DNA of 64,000 nt, from contig JANVYQ010000001.1 in NCBI GenBank assembly GCA_030059675.1, positions 32,001-96,000 on the forward strand, written 5' to 3'. The translations under genes were made by a program, and so were the position numbers. The notes under the pieces were generated by a model. The model was not told the DNA's origin and did no database searches. It saw only the letters and a program-made list of their open reading frames with translations. Position 1 is the stretch's first letter, and each line of letters starts with the position of its first letter. This stretch comes from Candidatus Pelearchaeum maunauluense. GTDB lineage: Archaea > Thermoproteota > Nitrososphaeria_A > Caldarchaeales > Caldarchaeaceae. Positions 58,498-64,000 of this stretch are shown here, piece by piece.

Positions 58498-58984
58498 AAC
58501 ACAACACCTCTACCTACTTCTGGCTATAATACTCATGCTCACATCGCCTACTGCGGCGCTGGCTGAGGAGGATGAAGGGGAGGAAGATGCTGCCAAGGGC
58601 TTGGGCTGGATAGCGGTATGGACTGGAACTATAGCAACTACCTCGCTAATGCTCTATAAGAGGGTGAGGAGCTTACCCATATCAGATAGCACCGTGCGCG
58701 AGCTCTCCATATTCTACAAGCCGCTCCTAAGCTTCCACATCCTACTAAACACAACAGGATTCACAGCAGGTCTGGCGCATGGATACATATTCTCTAGGAG
58801 CATGGAGCCGATAACCCTATCGCTGGTAATCGTGATGCTCTTCCTCACGGTGAGTGGAATACTACTGAGATACACAAGCGCCAGGAATCTGAAGATATTC
58901 AACAAGCTCATCCATGGCCAGCTCATAATGACAATCCTAGCAATATCGCTTGTGGTTTTGCATATTCTAACTGCTGAAGAGTGA
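58490..58984 (+). CDS. Membrane protein with intramembrane His residues (cytochrome b-like)
   Basis: Signal peptide, EEDEGEED, TM helices carrying FHI, AHG, IHG, LHI. Confidence 0.6.
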   Translation: MSKTQHLYLLLAIILMLTSPTAALAEEDEGEEDAAKGLGWIAVWTGTIATTSLMLYKRVRSLPISDSTVRELSIFYKPLLSFHILLNTTGFTAGLAHGYIFSRSMEPITLSLVIVMLFLTVSGILLRYTSARNLKIFNKLIHGQLIMTILAISLVVLHILTAEE

Positions 58985-59038
58985 GGGTCGGATTTTATAA
59001 AATAGTAAAGGATTTGAAGAAGAAGAGGACAGAACTAT

Positions 59039-59773
59039 ATGCGCGGGAAGTTGAGAATCTCACGGCGGCGCCTACTAGGCTTAACCCTCACATCACTCCT
59101 AGCCCTTAGCGTAGGCGTCAGCTACGCCGAGACGCGGACACTGCTAAAAACGCGGCTGAAGACAGGGATGAGCGCCAAGATAGCATTCCTAACAGACCCA
59201 CACATACACTCTCTCGGAGCTGTCGAGGAGACCGTGCTGGAGCAAGTCGCCCACGAAGAGCCTGACATAATCCTCTTGGGTGGTGATGTGGTTGATGAAC
59301 TTACAAGAGACATAAAGAGCGCTGAACTCTACATTTCCCAGCTAGACGCGCGGGAGAAATTCGCAGTAATGGGAAACCACGAGTATTGGAGCGGCCTCGT
59401 AGGAGAGATGGCAAGCATACTCAAGCGAAACGGCTTCAACATACTAAAAGACACACGAATAACCTCACGCGCAGGAAGCATCTACGGCCTAGACTGGCGC
59501 GAATCCCGCATATACCCACAGCTAACAGCAGAAGGAATAGTATTGGTTCACGACCCTAACGCTGCGCAGAACATAAGTGGCAGATGCCTAATCCTAGCAG
59601 GCCACACCCACGGAGGGCTTGTAATAGCAGGCCAGACCATATACTGCAACTCAGTATACGTACGCGGAGAATACAAGATAACCCAAGAAACAACCCTATA
59701 CGTCTCACGCGGACTCGGACAAATGCTACCGCTGAGACCAACATCACCGCTAGAACTAGTAATAGCAGAATAA
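59039..59773 (+). CDS. Calcineurin-like metallophosphoesterase
   Basis: DPH, GGD, GNHE, HDP, AGHTHGG, VSRGLG; N-terminal SRRRLL plus hydrophobic segment. Confidence 0.9.
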   Translation: MRGKLRISRRRLLGLTLTSLLALSVGVSYAETRTLLKTRLKTGMSAKIAFLTDPHIHSLGAVEETVLEQVAHEEPDIILLGGDVVDELTRDIKSAELYISQLDAREKFAVMGNHEYWSGLVGEMASILKRNGFNILKDTRITSRAGSIYGLDWRESRIYPQLTAEGIVLVHDPNAAQNISGRCLILAGHTHGGLVIAGQTIYCNSVYVRGEYKITQETTLYVSRGLGQMLPLRPTSPLELVIAE

Positions 59774-59881
59774 TTCTCCACCAAAAAGATATTATACCCT
59801 TGTATTGATTCCAGTTCATTAATCTATTTTTACTGAAATTTAAGAATAACCACAACACAGATAAAATTAGGTGATTTTCTC

Positions 59882-61019
59882 ATGAATGCACTTCTAATAC
59901 ATAATAACATTAATAATAGTGGCGGCGCTGAGCGCGTCGCCGTATCAGTACTCGCACTGCTTAAGCATATGGGATTCAAAGTAACAGTACTATCGTCAGG
60001 CCACGTAGAATGGGGAAGAATATGCCGAAGCTTCAGATACAAGCTGGACGAGATAAAGCCAGAACGCGAAATACCGCTAAACGCCAACAACTTTGACGCC
60101 TACAAAATAGCAGAAGGTCCCTATACGATATTAGCCAGACAAAGCTACGACATAATAATATCAACATACACAGAGACAGAACGGGGCTTCGCAGACATAA
60201 GCTACATACACTACCCATACCTCTACGGACTCAAGGAGGAGCGTGAAAAATTCTACAACAGCAACCTCTGGCGACTATACTACACTCCCTACCACATGAT
60301 ACACGCGCAATAGACAGCGTATTCCTACCCAGGACAACACTAATAGTTAACTCCACATACACGCAGCTACTCGCACAACGCTACATGGGGATAACGTCGA
60401 TGGTCATACACCGCCAGTAGATGTAAAGAGAATAAACAAGCTGGCTGCGACAAAAACAAAGAGGCGCGAGAATGTAGTAATAACAGTTGGACGAATAGCG
60501 CCAGGTAAAAACCTAGACATAATACCATACATCGTCGCCAAAACGCGGAGCGTGAAGAAATTCCTCATAGTAGGAAATATACAAACGATGTTACCCGACT
60601 ACCTAAACCGTCTACAACACCTCATCAACAAGCTGGGTGTGCGCGATAAGGTCGTGCTACTGCCAAACCTAACCTTCGAGAAGAAGATAGAACTAATGGC
60701 CAACTCGCGCATCTACCTACATACCATGCCCAACTAGCACTTCGGCATAGCAATAGTAGAAGGAATGGCGGCAGGCCTAATACCCGTAATCCACCGTTCA
60801 GGAGGACCATGGCTCGACATACTACAGAGAAGACACAACTTCGGCCTCAGCTTCACAACAATAGAACAAGCAGCCGAGTGTATAGACGAGATACTGACAG
60901 CAGAGGAATGGTTCATGGACAGCCTCTCAGCAGAAGCGCAGGAAGCAGCGAAACGATTTGACGAACAAATATTCAAGGATAAGATGCGCAGACTAATACA
61001 GCTACACCCAAACAGCTAA
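59882..61019 (+). pseudogene. GT4 glycosyltransferase pseudogene
   Basis: [29 protein letters not shown] split by TAG at 60311 and 60735 and a frameshift near 60410. Confidence 0.85.
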
Positions 61020-61090
61020 CATATCCTCAAGACCCCCATTATGGGGATAATCATGCTTTTATAAAAGAAGTCAGAACCTAAACAACAGCC

Positions 61091-61951
61091 GTGAGCTTAT
61101 CACAGCTAAAAGCAGTCTTACCAGTCGCAGGTCTAGGAACGAGAATGCTACCAGCCACAAAAGAACAACCAAAAGAAATGCTGCCAATCTTCGCAATAAC
61201 CCACAACGGAGAGCCATGCGTAAAACCACTACTACACCTAGTCTTCGAACAGCTCTGTAGCGAGGGCATACGCGAGTTCATCTCCGTAGTAGGCCGTGGA
61301 AAAAGAACAGTCGAAGACTACTTCACACCAGACTACTCATACGTAGAAGCGCTCAAAAACAGCGGCAAGAAGGCGGCGGAAGAGCTAAACAAATTCTACA
61401 AAATGATAGAGAACTCAACACTAATCTGGGTAAACCAGCCGGAGCCGCGCGGATTCGGACATGCGGTTCTTATGACACAGAAGGTAGTAGGCTCGAACCC
61501 ACTCATCGTACATGCAGGAGACACTTACATAATCTCACATGGAAAAGAAAGACCACTGACTATTATGTTTAGAAAATTCTTAGAAAAGAACGCTGAGGCT
61601 ATTCTTTTACTTCAAGAAGTTGAAAACCCAAGACAATACGGCATAGCCGAAATAACAGAGAGATGGAGAATTAATCGTCCAACATGTGGTAGAGAAAACA
61701 GAAAAGCCAACAACAAACCTAGCAATAATGCCAATATACATATTCAGACACACAATATTTGACGCGCTTAATGCGATAAAACCAGGCATAGGTGGTGAGT
61801 TACAGCTAACAGACGGAATACAAGAGTTGTTAGACCAAGGGAAAAAGCGATAGCAATAAAACTAGATAAAAGCTCCATCCGACTCGACATAGGAAACCCA
61901 ACACAATACTGGGAAGCCATACAACAATCCTACAACCATGGAAAAGGGTGA
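61091..61951 (+). pseudogene. UTP-glucose-1-phosphate uridylyltransferase (galU-like), frameshifted
   Basis: AGLGTRMLPATKEQPKEMLP, QPEPRGFGHAV; shifted continuation VVEK..GELQLTDGIQ..LDIGNP. Confidence 0.85.
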
Positions 61952-61958
61952 CTGATAA

Positions 61959-63305
61959 ATGACGCCAAAAAATTAAGCCAAAATTCTCATTCATAGGCCT
62001 GGGATACGTAGGACTCACAACAGCAGCGTGCTTCGCCTCAAAAGGATTCACCACACTATGCTATGATATAGACCAGAACAAAATGGAAAAAATATCCAAG
62101 GGAGAAGCGCCGTTTTACGAGCCAGGTCTAGAAGAACTCCTAAAAACAACAATAAGCAACAGAACACTACAATTAGCAAGCAGCAACTACGACGCGGTGA
62201 TGAACAGTAATATAACGTTCATAACCGTAGGAACACCATCAAAACCTGACGGAGACATAGACCTAACATACGTCCAAGAAGCCGAACGAGACATAGGCCG
62301 AGCGCTGCGTGAGAAGAGGGAATGGCACCTAGTTGTCGTGAAGAGCAGAATAACCTCCAAAACCACCGAAGAGCTCGTCAAACCCATACTCGAAAGAGAG
62401 TCAGGGAAAAATGCGGTGATGACTTCGGACTATGCATGAACCCAGAGTTTTTACGCGAGGGAAACGCGGTCGAGGACACTCCAAATCCAGACCGCATAGT
62501 AATAGGTGAATGCGACCCAAAGTCTGGAGAAGAACTTGAAAGAACCTATAGAGAGTTCTACGGCAACAACACACCACCCATCCTAAGAACAAGCCCAACA
62601 AACGCAGAACTCATAAAATACGCCAACAATGCATTCCTAGCAATGAAAGTCAGTTTTATAGATATGATAGCAAATTTATGTCAAAAACTTCCAGGAGCTG
62701 ACGTAGAACATGTTGCGAGAGGAATAGGACTTGATAAACGAATAGGGTATCATTTTCTTAAAGCAGGACCAGGATGGGGTGGTTCTTGCTGGCCTAAAGA
62801 TCTTAGAGCATTTTACTCATGTTTAAAAAACTAAATGTTGAATCAGAGTTAATCCAAGCAACAATTAAAATAAATGAAAAACAACCTCAAAAAATTATCC
62901 AGCTAATAAAAAATATGTTAGGTTCATTACGTTATGAAAATGTAGCCGTTCTAGGATTAGCTTTTAAAGCTGGTACAGATGATATAAGAAACTCTGTAAT
63001 AATAAAAATTATAAGAGAATTAAAAGCTAATGGTGCTAAAATAAGAGTATATGATCCTAAAGCAATAGGAAAAGCAAAAACTATTTTAGGACAAGGTATA
63101 AAATATTCATCAATCAGTATATGAATGTCTAGCTGATGCTGACATAGCCATTATATTAACTGAATTGGATGAACTTAAAAACATCAAGCCGGACACCTTT
63201 AAAAATCTGATGAGAAATAAATGTGTAATAGACACGCGAAGAATTTACGATATTGAGGAATTTAAATCCATGAACATTAGATTCCCCTCAATAGGTGTAG
63301 GTCAC
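61959..63305 (+). pseudogene. UDP-glucose 6-dehydrogenase, multiply frameshifted
   Basis: IGLGYVGL, ITVGTP, MNPEFLREG, GWGGSCWPKD, LGLAFKAGTDDIRNS, IDTRRI spread over different frames. Confidence 0.85.
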
Positions 63306-63443
63306 TTACAAAATCAAGCGCTTAACTATCAATTAATAATTCCGTCAAGGATAAATAATAGTGACATAAACAATTATAAGTTTATAAAACTTTTAAATAA
63401 CATGAAAAAGAATTTAAATACGAGATTAACATATAAAGAGACA

Positions 63444-63833
63444 ATGAGAATAAATATTACGTGGTTTAAAAGGCGCTGGTATGACTTTAGAAATGGTCAT
63501 AGTACCTATCTAGCATTTCTTTTGGCATTCACCAATTTTATAGTTATTAATTATCGTCTAGTAGTTGAAAAGTTACCAGAACTTCATTCATTTTTTCCAT
63601 CATTAACGATCTTTGCCCTTTTCTTCGTAATAACATATATACCTATGGCCATTGTTATAGGATATTTACATAGAACCCGCCAATTAAAAACGGAATATAA
63701 GATAAGTTTCGAAGCTAACCCCATAGATGCAAAGCTTTGGCGTATACTTCTTGAAACTTTAAACGGACAGATAGACCGTAACGAATTGGAAGAAATAATC
63801 AGATATCTGAAAAAAATAGAGAAAAAGGAATAA
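63444..63833 (+). CDS. Hypothetical membrane protein (2 TM)
   Basis: ATG at 63444; WYDFRNGHSTYLAF + two TM helices; the ORF track fuses it to the ugd tail. Confidence 0.6.
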   Translation: MRINITWFKRRWYDFRNGHSTYLAFLLAFTNFIVINYRLVVEKLPELHSFFPSLTIFALFFVITYIPMAIVIGYLHRTRQLKTEYKISFEANPIDAKLWRILLETLNGQIDRNELEEIIRYLKKIEKKE

Positions 63834-64000
63834 TTATTCTTCAAAGATACAATATTATGAACGTAAAATTAATATACTACTGGTTAAAGAATTTTTGTTG
63901 AAAATCTTGAACTATCTAACAAATCGGTATACATTCACTTTCCTGTTGTTAGACAGACTAAAAACCACAAAGAATGTTAGATTTCATTATGTATCATTAT

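Noticed and set aside
63165-63833. 222-aa ORF as a ugd-membrane protein fusion
   Set aside because: The linker is Asn/Ile-rich AT sequence; better explained as a lost ugd stop reading into a separate gene starting at 63444

Overview
Archaeal chromosome segment. The A-type ATPase A/B, rpS7, rpL30e, archaeal NusA, PCNA and an intron-containing tRNA identify it as archaeal. A thermophilic TACK lineage such as Aigarchaeota/Caldarchaeales is an inference from gene content. Left to right: (1) the end of a methylmalonyl-CoA mutase and a hydrolase; (2) a mercury/heavy-metal module (Lrp-TRASH regulator, C2H2-thioredoxin fusion, Cys-Cys membrane protein, merA); (3) an AT-rich decayed defence island at about 4.9-8.4 kb (attC-like hairpin element, frameshifted type IIG R-M gene, 2-repeat CRISPR relic fused to a cas3 3' fragment, truncated cas6 and hemerythrin); (4) atpAB; (5) a nucleobase catabolism cluster (SsnA-like amidohydrolase, LLM/F420-type oxidoreductase, adenine deaminase, dihydropyrimidinase, BMP-type nucleoside ABC transporter) interrupted by two dead toxin-antitoxin pairs; (6) thi4 and an orphan Mo-hydroxylase large subunit; (7) an rpl30e-nusA-rps7 block lacking rps12; (8) moaA, a solitary CRISPR-like repeat and an intact vapBC; (9) central carbon genes (pckA, acryloyl-CoA reductase-like, ala, ppdK, acs, coxMSL-like); (10) tRNA-Pro(CGG) with an intron inside the anticodon; (11) a decaying glycosylation island at the right end. 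All calls come from reading motifs by eye; no database searches were run.
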